A DNA stretch of 59,291 nucleotides from assembly GCA_964524895.1 (NCBI GenBank), contig CAZGFG010000004.1:20469-79759 (forward strand), read 5' to 3'. This stretch comes from an uncultured Gammaproteobacteria bacterium (GTDB lineage Bacteria; Patescibacteriota; Microgenomatia; Daviesbacterales; UBA10151). How positions within the stretch are numbered: the first letter of the stretch is position 1; each line of letters opens with the position of its first letter. Made by a program: the position numbers and the translations under genes. Shown here piece after piece: positions 9,218 through 16,789 of this stretch. The notes under the pieces were generated by a model. It was not told where the DNA came from. It ran no database searches and worked only from the letters and a program-made list of their open reading frames with translations.

Positions 9218-9891
9218 TAACCATCAAAAGAATCTTGTCTGATATCAGTTTCATCTATACCAAGCTGCCCCAATATTTTAGTGAGATTTTCTACCATAGC
9301 AGGTGCTCCGGCTAGGTAGAATGTAGAAGGCAGAATGTAGAATGTAGAAACGATCTTTTCCAGTAGCTGTTTGTTTAGGCGTCCTTTTGTGCTACTTACG
9401 TGGTAAATGATCCGAAGGTTAAGCAATTGTTTTTTCCATCTAGCTAACTCTTTTTTAAAGACAAAATTGCTATCCGAATTAGAATAGATAAGGGTCATTT
9501 GTGTATTTAATTTTTGATCCAAGACATATTTAATCATGCTCCTAAAAGGAGTAATGCCAATCCCTCCGGCAATAAATATGGCAGGCTCGCTCTCGTCTAA
9601 AGTAAAGGTCCCGGCTGGATGAGCCGAGGAGATTACCTGCCCCGTTTTTAGCCGATGCATAGTTTTTTTAAAATCACTGATGCCCGTTTTAGTGGTTAAC
9701 ATTAGGAAATCTTCACTGGGGGAGGAAGCTATTGTAAAGTTTCTGTCCTTACCCCTTTTATCCTTGTCATCAAACTCGAGTTTAATGTCCAGATATTGAC
9801 CGGGGTAAAAAGTAAAACCTTTCGGTTTTTCCAAGATTAGGCTGAAAGATCCGACAGCTTCTTTCCTAATCTGTTTAATGGTGAAATTCAT
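9214..9891 (-). CDS. FAD/NAD(P)-binding ferredoxin reductase-like oxidoreductase
   Basis: RNFTIASSP, AGGIGITPF, AGAPAMV, DSFDGY. Confidence 0.9.
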   Translation of the reverse strand: MNFTIKQIRKEAVGSFSLILEKPKGFTFYPGQYLDIKLEFDDKDKRGKDRNFTIASSPSEDFLMLTTKTGISDFKKTMHRLKTGQVISSAHPAGTFTLDESEPAIFIAGGIGITPFRSMIKYVLDQKLNTQMTLIYSNSDSNFVFKKELARWKKQLLNLRIIYHVSSTKGRLNKQLLEKIVSTFYILPSTFYLAGAPAMVENLTKILGQLGIDETDIRQDSFDGY

Positions 9892-9971
9892 TTGCCTGGC
9901 TATGTTAAACTAACAGCTTAAACAGATCAAGAGTAGTGAAAAAAGTCAGAAGTTTATGAGATAATGGGAGC

Positions 9972-10316
9972 ATGGATTCTGCTCAAAAGATAGACCAACA
10001 GTCCAAAGAAGCAATAGCTAAAAACTTGCAGGCTGCCGGCCATAATATCACAGCAGATCAGCTGGCTCCCAATACAGCAGAAACACCCGTTCCAGAAAGT
10101 GAGGATATGAAAGCAGTCCAAGCTCACAGGGTGGGGGATGAACAGATGTCTATCAGCGCGGAGGATTTAAACTATGCTAAAGATACGGTTGAGCATGCTC
10201 TGACAGGTAAAAGTATTTGGTATAGACTTGGGCAAGGTTTTAAAGGTTTGGGGATTTTAAAATCCAAACTTCGTAAAAAGGTTCAAACAACCAATAAGGA
10301 ACCTGTAGAGATATAA
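9972..10316 (+). CDS. hypothetical protein
   Basis: 114-aa ORF immediately upstream of the ATPase; no motif recognised. Confidence 0.55.
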   Translation: MDSAQKIDQQSKEAIAKNLQAAGHNITADQLAPNTAETPVPESEDMKAVQAHRVGDEQMSISAEDLNYAKDTVEHALTGKSIWYRLGQGFKGLGILKSKLRKKVQTTNKEPVEI

Positions 10317-10324
10317 CTTGTAAT

Positions 10325-12667
10325 ATGGAAGTAACGCAAAGTAATTCACCCGATTATGTAGGTTTAATCATGGCGGTGGTAGCTGCTTTATCGGTTCTGG
10401 CTGTTTTTTTAGGGCTGACTATTTATTTAAGGAAATTCCTTGTCGGGTGGCTTAAATACCGCAATCGCGAGAAGAACTCCTTACAGTTTGTATTACTTCA
10501 GATAAAAGTGCCGCGAGGGAATGAAATTAAGATAGACGCAGCAGAACAACTTTTTGCAACATTTGCAGCTTTGAGAAAATCCGGCGGCTTTTTTGGGGCT
10601 TTCAAACCTCAACCACATCTTTCTTTTGAGATAGTGGCTTTACATGAATCAATTAAATTTTATGTATCCTGTCATAAATCACATCAGGATTTGGTAGAAA
10701 AACAGATTAATGCGGCTTACCCTGATGCCGAGATCAAGGAGGTACCGGAATACAATATTTTTAGTGAAAACGGCAGTACGGCTTATACTTCTCTGAAGCT
10801 AAAGAATGCTGACCACTTTCCGATTAAGACCTTTAGGGATTTACCTACAGATTCTCTCTCGGCAATAACTTCTGCCTTAGCCAAGATGCAACCCGGTGAA
10901 GGAGCTGCCATACAACTTTTGATCTCTCCGGCAGATAGCAAATGGAAGGATAAGGGCAAGGATTGGCTGAAGAAAGAAAAAGACCCGGGTAAACCGGATG
11001 CCCCTAAGGCTGCGCCGGATGCCAAGCAAATAGAAGCGGTGGAGAATAAAGTTGTCCGTTCAGGATTTTTTACAACAATTCGGATAGTTACTTCTTCCAA
11101 CTCGCCCGAGAATGCCAAGGCGCATTTGAGCAACCTGAAATCTGCCATAGAACAATTTAGCGGTCCGTACAACAGTTTTACCGGCGGGAAGGTTTATTCG
11201 GAGAAAGCTTTCATGACTGATTTTATATATAGATACCAACCCAAATTTGGAAACCCATCGGTACTGACACCGGATGAACTTGCCTCGGTTCTCCACCTTC
11301 CTAATAAGTCGGTTGAGACTCCATATATTGTTTGGCTGGATGCCAAAAAGGCACCGGCCCCCGATAAAATTCCTTCTTCCGGTTTGTATCTTGGCAAATC
11401 CCTTTTTAGAGGGGTTACCAGGCCAATTTATATTGGGGAAGAAGATCGCCGCCGTCATATGTATATTGTTGGTAGGACCGGTATGGGGAAAACACAACTC
11501 TTGCTCCAGCTTATCTTACAGGATATCTATGCAGGCAAAGGAATCTGTTTTATAGACCCCCACGGTGATGCGGCGGAAGATTTATTGGCCTTGATTCCTC
11601 CAAATAGGGCGGAAGATGTCATTTATTTTGATCCTTCGGATTTGGCCCGTCCTTTTGGTTTGAACATGTTGGAGGCTTCAACCGAACAGGAAAAGCATTT
11701 TGTTACAGCCTCTATTATAGGATTGATGTATAAGTTGTTTGATCCCAATAAGACCGGTATTATTGGCCCCAGGTTTGAACACGGTGTTAGGAACGCCATG
11801 TTAACGGTTATGTCTATACAGGGGGCTACCTTCGTAGAAGTGATGCGGGCAATGCAAGATCCCGAGTTTATTAAGGAGATTTTGCCCCATGTTACCGATC
11901 CGGTGGTCAGACGGTATTGGACAGACCAGATTGCCCAGACCACTGACTTTCATAAGTCCGAGGTACTGGATTATACGGTTTCCAAATTTGGGAGATTTGT
12001 CACAAATAAAATGATGAGAAATATTATTGGCCAGTCCTATTCTTCTTTTAACTTGCGCCAGGTTATGGATGAGGGCAAGATACTGATAATGAATCTATCA
12101 AAAGGTAAAATGGGGGAGGAAAACTCAAACTTCTTGGGCCTTATCTTGGTTCCTAAACTCCTGCAGGCTGCCATGTCCCGCTCCAGTGTGCCGATGGAGC
12201 AGCGGCGGGATTTTTACCTCTATGTTGACGAGTTTCAAAATTTTGCTACGGAAACCTTTGCAGAAATTCTTTCCGAGGCCCGCAAATATAGGCTCAATTT
12301 AACTGTAGCAAACCAATTTATCGGCCAGATTGGGGAAGATTTAAAGAATGCGGTTTTTGGAAACGTAGGTACATTGATTGCCTTCCGGGTGGGGGTAACA
12401 GATGCCAACTACCTGCAGCATGAGTTTTCACCTATTTTTTCCGAGCGGGATTTAATTAATGTAGAGATTTTTAATGCTTATATCAAAACCATAGTAAATG
12501 GTGAACCGGTGGTACCGTTTTCTATCAATACCATGCCTGATTTTAAAAAGATGGGGTCACTTAAGAATCCGCAAGTTGCTCAAGCTATTAAAGAGCTGTC
12601 AAAGCTCAAATACGGTCGGGATGTTACGCAAGTAGAAGCCGAGATTATCCAAAGAGCCAAGTTATAA
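10325..12667 (+). CDS. VirD4/TrwB/HerA-like coupling ATPase with N-terminal membrane anchor
   Basis: GRTGMGKT Walker A, FIDPHGD, LYVDEFQNF Walker B, EARKYRL. Confidence 0.88.
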   Translation: MEVTQSNSPDYVGLIMAVVAALSVLAVFLGLTIYLRKFLVGWLKYRNREKNSLQFVLLQIKVPRGNEIKIDAAEQLFATFAALRKSGGFFGAFKPQPHLSFEIVALHESIKFYVSCHKSHQDLVEKQINAAYPDAEIKEVPEYNIFSENGSTAYTSLKLKNADHFPIKTFRDLPTDSLSAITSALAKMQPGEGAAIQLLISPADSKWKDKGKDWLKKEKDPGKPDAPKAAPDAKQIEAVENKVVRSGFFTTIRIVTSSNSPENAKAHLSNLKSAIEQFSGPYNSFTGGKVYSEKAFMTDFIYRYQPKFGNPSVLTPDELASVLHLPNKSVETPYIVWLDAKKAPAPDKIPSSGLYLGKSLFRGVTRPIYIGEEDRRRHMYIVGRTGMGKTQLLLQLILQDIYAGKGICFIDPHGDAAEDLLALIPPNRAEDVIYFDPSDLARPFGLNMLEASTEQEKHFVTASIIGLMYKLFDPNKTGIIGPRFEHGVRNAMLTVMSIQGATFVEVMRAMQDPEFIKEILPHVTDPVVRRYWTDQIAQTTDFHKSEVLDYTVSKFGRFVTNKMMRNIIGQSYSSFNLRQVMDEGKILIMNLSKGKMGEENSNFLGLILVPKLLQAAMSRSSVPMEQRRDFYLYVDEFQNFATETFAEILSEARKYRLNLTVANQFIGQIGEDLKNAVFGNVGTLIAFRVGVTDANYLQHEFSPIFSERDLINVEIFNAYIKTIVNGEPVVPFSINTMPDFKKMGSLKNPQVAQAIKELSKLKYGRDVTQVEAEIIQRAKL

Positions 12668-12676
12668 CTTACTGGT

Positions 12677-12988
12677 TTGTCGTTCCGAGTGAAACGAGGA
12701 ATCTCAAGATTGAAAAGCTATTGGGTCTATATTTTAGCCAGTAAAACTGGAATGCTCTATGTAGGAGTAACTAATAATTTAGAAAAAAGGATGTATGAAC
12801 ATAAGAACAAATTGATTTCAGGGTTTACTGCAAAATACCGTATAGACAGATTAATGTATTATCAGGAATTTAATTATATAGAACAGGCTATAGAGATGGA
12901 AAAGAGGATCAAGGGATGGACCAGAAAGAAGAAAACAGACTTAATAAAAACTATTAATCCTGATGTGAAAGATTTAGCAGAAGGTTAA
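12677..12988 (+). CDS. GIY-YIG nuclease (UPF0213/YhbQ-like); start may be TTG 12710
   Basis: YWVYIL...LYVGVTNNL.KR..EH, A...EK.IKGW.R.KK. Confidence 0.9.
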   Translation: MSFRVKRGISRLKSYWVYILASKTGMLYVGVTNNLEKRMYEHKNKLISGFTAKYRIDRLMYYQEFNYIEQAIEMEKRIKGWTRKKKTDLIKTINPDVKDLAEG

Positions 12989-13021
12989 ACCTAGAGATGT
13001 TTCGCCACGCTCAACATGACA
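12678..13021 (+). mobile_element. REP-like element whose two 28-bp arms enclose a GIY-YIG gene
   Basis: left arm TGTCGTTCCGAGTGAAACGAGGAATCTC (12678-12705); right arm GAGATGTTTCGCCACGCTCAACATGACA (12994-13021); arms are imperfect inverted repeats. Confidence 0.65.
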
Positions 13022-13030
13022 AACTGTCTT

Positions 13031-13099
13031 TGTCGTTCTAAGGCGAGGCCGAAGAAGCTCATGTTAATCTAGAGATTCTTCACTAAGTCTAGGATGACA
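13031..13099. repeat. empty copy of the TGTC-tagged palindromic element
   Basis: TGTCGTTC...GCTC, 11-bp spacer, GAGATTCTT...GATGACA. Confidence 0.8.
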
Positions 13100-13131
13100 G
13101 GTAGAGTCGGCTTTGTTATAATTCCAATCAC

Positions 13132-13205
13132 GGGCGGATAGCTCAATTGGTTAGAGCATCAATCTTATACATTGAACGTTCCTGGTTCGAGTCCAGGTCC
13201 GCCCA
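13132..13205 (+). tRNA. tRNA-Ile (anticodon UAU)
   Basis: cloverleaf: GGGCGGA/TCCGCCC acceptor, TCAAT-CT TAT AC-ATTGA anticodon arm, TTCGAGT T-loop; extended -10 TGTTATAAT at 13114-13122. Confidence 0.93.
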
Positions 13206-13281
13206 CAGCAAATACATGATTTAATGTGATAAAAGATCGACCCACCCCTAGTGGTTTTTCAGGTTCAGGTCCCATACTAAT

Positions 13282-14154
13282 TTATAACTCTTCTAATTTG
13301 ATCTTGCCTTCGCCGGCTTGGCCTTGCAAAAATTGCAGATATCTTTCAGTAGTTGATAACCTCTTATGCCCTGCCAATTTGGAAACTACTAGTAGGGAAG
13401 TACCGGATTGAAGTTGGTGGGCCACCCAGGTATGGCGCAAATCATTAACCTTGGCCCCTTTAATACCGGCAATTCTGAAATATCTGTCAATGGCAGTCCG
13501 GATATTTCTGATAAGAAGTGGTTTGCCGGTTTTGGTAATAAACAATGAATGGGATTGGGTTTTTGGCCTAATCTCCAAATATTTACCTACAGCTTCTGCT
13601 GCAGGTTTATTTAGAGGAATTATCCTTTCGTTGGCACCTTCAAAAGGGGGAACATGCAAAGTTGCAGATTCTGTTAGGTTAACATCTTCCACTCTAAGTT
13701 TGGAAAGCTCTCCAATCCTGATACCGGTTTGCAAAAGCAGCTCTATAACAGCCAACATCCTGATATCTGCTCTGGCAGCGTCTCTTAATGCCCGATATTC
13801 AAGCTTTGAGAGGATCCTGGGGGGTTTATTTTCAAATTTAGGGTGTTCTAAACCGGTGGCCGGGTCCTCATTGGTTATACCTGAAGATTTTAAGAATTTG
13901 AAAAAGGTTTTAGTAGAATTGGTTTTACGGGAGATGGATTTTGGGGTGTAGTTTTCTTTGGCTAGTTTGTCCATAAAAGCCTGCAGATCCTCGGTAGTAA
14001 CCTGATTTGGTTCGTTCTTTCCCAACCCCTCTAAGAACTTAACAAGTTGATCGATGTCCTTCCCGTAGGCTAAAATAGTAGCGGATGCGCGTGACCTACC
14101 TTTTAAATGTCCTATAAATTGCTGATGTGCATCTTTCAAAGATATCATTGGCAT
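13282..14154 (-). CDS. XerC/XerD-like tyrosine recombinase
   Basis: N-terminal SAM-like domain, TGIRIGE, DLRHTW, LAGH...TTERY; promoter TTGACA-N17-TACAAT just upstream. Confidence 0.92.
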   Translation of the reverse strand: MPMISLKDAHQQFIGHLKGRSRASATILAYGKDIDQLVKFLEGLGKNEPNQVTTEDLQAFMDKLAKENYTPKSISRKTNSTKTFFKFLKSSGITNEDPATGLEHPKFENKPPRILSKLEYRALRDAARADIRMLAVIELLLQTGIRIGELSKLRVEDVNLTESATLHVPPFEGANERIIPLNKPAAEAVGKYLEIRPKTQSHSLFITKTGKPLLIRNIRTAIDRYFRIAGIKGAKVNDLRHTWVAHQLQSGTSLLVVSKLAGHKRLSTTERYLQFLQGQAGEGKIKLEEL

Positions 14155-14208
14155 ATATTGTAAGTTTATAGGATATTGTTGTCAAGTAGAAAGGCACAAA
14201 TTAAAGCT

Positions 14209-14559
14209 ATGTTTAAAAAATTTGGGCTGGTAATAGTAACTATTTTGGTATTGGTAATTATTTACAACTTGATATCCCGAATTATAGATGCTGTTAAATC
14301 TGGAGAAAGGCTAAGCCAGTCTGCACAGCAGTTGCAAAAATTGGAAACGGAAAATAAGGAACTCAAAGAAAGATTGGAAGAGGTAAAATCCCAACTTTTT
14401 ATAGAAGAACAGGCCCGAAATAAATTGGGATTTTCCAAAAAAGGGGAAACCCTGGTCATTATTCCGGAGGAGAAGATTAAGCAAATATTAGGAGCTAGCC
14501 AATCTGCTCAACTTCGTTTACCCAACTGGCAAGGCTGGTTAAAACTATTTTTTCAGTGA
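14209..14559 (+). CDS. septum formation initiator (FtsL/DivIC family)
   Basis: TM helix, coiled coil, EEQARNKLG..KKGE motif. Confidence 0.85.
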   Translation: MFKKFGLVIVTILVLVIIYNLISRIIDAVKSGERLSQSAQQLQKLETENKELKERLEEVKSQLFIEEQARNKLGFSKKGETLVIIPEEKIKQILGASQSAQLRLPNWQGWLKLFFQ

Positions 14560-14566
14560 GTCTGTG

Positions 14567-14832
14567 TTGCGGGGGTGGGAGTTGAACCCACTGCCTCAAG
14601 ATTATGCTCCTACCCTGATTACTCAAGGGGTTGGACTATATCATCACCCCGACATTAGTCGGGGGCCCGGCGTGTAGTCTCTACGGGGTCCTTCGACTAT
14701 GCTCAGGACTTCCCTCGGATATTGTCCTAAATGTTTAGGGTGTCTACCGATATAGCCAGGTTTGCTCCGACAATTACTCATCGGAGGGCCCACTTCTACT
14801 AGCCTTGTGTGCAACCGTTACACTTCCCCGCG
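14567..14832 (-). tRNA. initiator-type tRNA-Met (CAU) interrupted by a group I intron; exons 14801-14832 and 14567-14606
   Basis: spliced product CGCGGGG...CAAGG CT|CAT AA TCTTG...GTGGG TTCAACT CCCAC CCCCGCA A, with the C1:A72 mismatch typical of initiators. Confidence 0.9.
14607..14800 (-). ncRNA. group I self-splicing intron, 194 nt, IC3-like, inserted between U33 and C34
   Basis: P1 GGCU/GGCC with U.G at the splice site, P2 with GUAA loop, P3 CCUGGC/GCCGGG, R GUAGAGACUA, S GAUAUAGUCC, P8, P9 with GUAA loop, terminal G. Confidence 0.92.
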
Positions 14833-14844
14833 ATAACATTAGGT

Positions 14845-14908
14845 ATTCTATGCCCAAGTTATCTTTATGTCAAGCTTTCTTGACATTTAATAAATACTAT
14901 TGTAGTAT
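14845..14908. promoter_or_regulatory. back-to-back divergent sigma70 promoters
   Basis: minus strand TTGACA-N17-TAGAAT (14873-14845) for the tRNA; plus strand TTGACA-N17-TAGTAT (14880-14908) for the HTH gene. Confidence 0.8.
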
Positions 14909-14929
14909 GTAAATATATCCCATTAATCA

Positions 14930-15610
14930 ATGATTCGTAAATTCAAAGAACACCAAAAAGCTTTATTTCTAAGACAGAATGGTAAAAGCATTCGGCAAAT
15001 AGCAAAGTTACTCAAAATAAGCCCTAGCACTGCTAGCAAATGGTGTAAACATATTAAGCTATCTCCTAAACAACAAGAATTTTTATTAAATAGTGAATCT
15101 AGAACCTCTCATTTAAGACGCCTAGCAAAACAATCTCATAGGAATAAATTGTTGAGGGTTAAAGAGTTAACTAGTGAAGCTAAAGCTGAAATTAAGCATC
15201 TTAATAAAAACGAACTATTTTTAACCGGTTTAGCACTTTATTGGGCAGAGGGATTTAAAAGTTTGAAGGAAGGGAGAGTGGGTTTCTGTAACTCAGATCC
15301 TAAAATGATTAAGTTTTTTATTAAATGGCTTAAAAGATCTTTTGATATAAAGCCGGAAGATTTAATTTTAAGGGCAGAATTTAATGAGTCTCATGAGTAT
15401 CGTAAGGAAGAGATAGAAAAGTTTTGGTCAAAAACTACTAGGATTCCGAAAGAACAGTTTGAGAGGTCTTTTTACCACAAATCTATATGGTTGAAGAGAT
15501 ATGAGAATCCAGAAAATTACTATGGAGTGTTAAGGATAAGAGTGCGTAAAAGCAGCGAGTTGCTGACTAGAATTAGAGGATGGATTGACGGTCTTAGATA
15601 TGCAGCCTAA
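14930..15610 (+). CDS. HTH + single-motif LAGLIDADG-like protein
   Basis: N-terminal HTH (SIRQIAKLLKISPSTASKW), LTGLALYWAEG, FCNSDP.MI.FF, YGVLRIRV. Confidence 0.7.
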   Translation: MIRKFKEHQKALFLRQNGKSIRQIAKLLKISPSTASKWCKHIKLSPKQQEFLLNSESRTSHLRRLAKQSHRNKLLRVKELTSEAKAEIKHLNKNELFLTGLALYWAEGFKSLKEGRVGFCNSDPKMIKFFIKWLKRSFDIKPEDLILRAEFNESHEYRKEEIEKFWSKTTRIPKEQFERSFYHKSIWLKRYENPENYYGVLRIRVRKSSELLTRIRGWIDGLRYAA

Positions 15611-15731
15611 GTTATAAGTAAACTTACATGCTAAAGCGATCTTTTTAAGTAACAGGTTCTAACAACTTGCAGCCCACAACAAATTCATTTTAGTCCTTGA
15701 AAAGTACTGAAATTGGTGATATCATAGCCTC

Positions 15732-15995
15732 ATGATTACCCAACAAGCTCAAATAAAAATAAATCTTCCGCTAGCTCTTAAAGAATTTTTGGAAAGTAAG
15801 GCTGGTAAATTTGGTATGCCTTTAGCAGGGTACATTAAACATTTAATGCTTAAAGATGTTGAAAATATGGATTATCCTGCCTTTGTACTCTCTGACAAGT
15901 CTGAAAGAGCCTTAAAAAAAGCCTTGAAGGAAAAAGATAAAGCTGTCCTTATTAAAAACAAGGAAGAGTTAGATAAGTTCTTTAAGGATCTGTGA
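15732..15995 (+). CDS. antitoxin-like ribbon-helix-helix protein
   Basis: QIKINLP..LKEFL...A...G...YIKHL; overlaps the downstream toxin gene. Confidence 0.7.
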   Translation: MITQQAQIKINLPLALKEFLESKAGKFGMPLAGYIKHLMLKDVENMDYPAFVLSDKSERALKKALKEKDKAVLIKNKEELDKFFKDL

Positions 15996-16333
15996 AACCT
16001 CTCAAGTTTAGTCCTGATGTATATAAAAAACTAAAGGAAATTCAACTTAAGAACGTAACTTTACATAAAAGAATTCAGAAACAACTATATTTGTTCATAA
16101 ACAATCCTCGCCATAAATCACTCCGTCTTCATAAAATCGAAAGGCGTGACAGCTTAAGTATTTGGAGTATCTCCATCGATAAAAGCTATAGAATGCTATA
16201 TAAAGAAAACGAAGTGATTTACTTCTTTGGTATAGGAACTCATGACGAAGTTTATAAGCGAAGCTTGAAGGCATCGCCGAAAGCTGAACTTTCAGGCTCT
16301 GCCTATAAGCGAGCTAGAAAGGTTTCCTTATAG
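15992..16333 (+). CDS. RelE/YafQ-like type II toxin with a C-terminal extension
   Basis: SLRLHKI, WSISI..SYR, IGTHDEVY. Confidence 0.8.
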   Translation: MKPLKFSPDVYKKLKEIQLKNVTLHKRIQKQLYLFINNPRHKSLRLHKIERRDSLSIWSISIDKSYRMLYKENEVIYFFGIGTHDEVYKRSLKASPKAELSGSAYKRARKVSL

Positions 16334-16337
16334 GAAG

Positions 16338-16371
16338 AATAGGTTCTAAAAGCATTCCTCCCTCGCAACCA
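16338..16371 (+). repeat. 34-bp direct repeat, copy 1 (tRNA-3'-end-like, att-like)
   Basis: AATAGGTTCTAAAAGCATTCCTCCCTCGCAACCA, identical to 21557-21590. Confidence 0.9.
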
Positions 16372-16464
16372 CGAACCACTCACTTTGTTCGGGTTCATGG
16401 CTACGCCACTTAATAAAAGTGACCTAGTATGTTTAGATAACTTTAATAGTTTGAGTGGTGAGGC

Positions 16465-16498
16465 AGGGGTGCACCGTCTGGTGCGCCCCTTCTTTTTT
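16465..16498 (+). terminator. intrinsic terminator
   Basis: AGGGGTGCACC-GTCT-GGTGCGCCCCT followed by TCTTTTTT. Confidence 0.8.
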
Positions 16499-16513
16499 GG
16501 CTAAAATATACTT

Positions 16514-16780
16514 GTGAATTTCTACTATGTTTATGTACTTCAAAGTCTGAAGCTAGATTGGATTTATGTAGGATCCACATCTGATCTTCGTCAAAGATTT
16601 AAAAGTCATAATAATGGAGAAAATTTATCTACTAAGGGATACAAACCGTTTAAATTGATTTTCTATGAAGCTTATTTAAGTAAGAAAGATGCCTTAAGAA
16701 GAGAAGAATATTTTAAAACCTCTAAAGGTAAAACTACTTTAAAAACTATGTTAAAAGAATATTTTTCTGGAAAATATTAA
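16514..16780 (+). CDS. GIY-YIG nuclease (second subfamily)
   Basis: YYVYVLQS..., YVGST.DL..R...HN.G, A..RE.YFK. Confidence 0.9.
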   Translation: MNFYYVYVLQSLKLDWIYVGSTSDLRQRFKSHNNGENLSTKGYKPFKLIFYEAYLSKKDALRREEYFKTSKGKTTLKTMLKEYFSGKY

Positions 16781-16789
16781 ACTAAATTT

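Noticed and set aside
9884-9911. dif site (CTATGTTAAAC resembles the XerD arm)
   Set aside because: No recognisable XerC arm 6 bp upstream.
10325-12667. Conjugative element or ICE centred on the VirD4-like ATPase
   Set aside because: No relaxase, VirB4 or mating-pair genes nearby; stand-alone copies are typical of CPR chromosomes.
13132-14154. Prophage or island integrated at tRNA-Ile by the adjacent recombinase
   Set aside because: No duplicate of the tRNA-Ile 3' end was found by eye, there are no phage genes, and the next gene is housekeeping (FtsL/DivIC).
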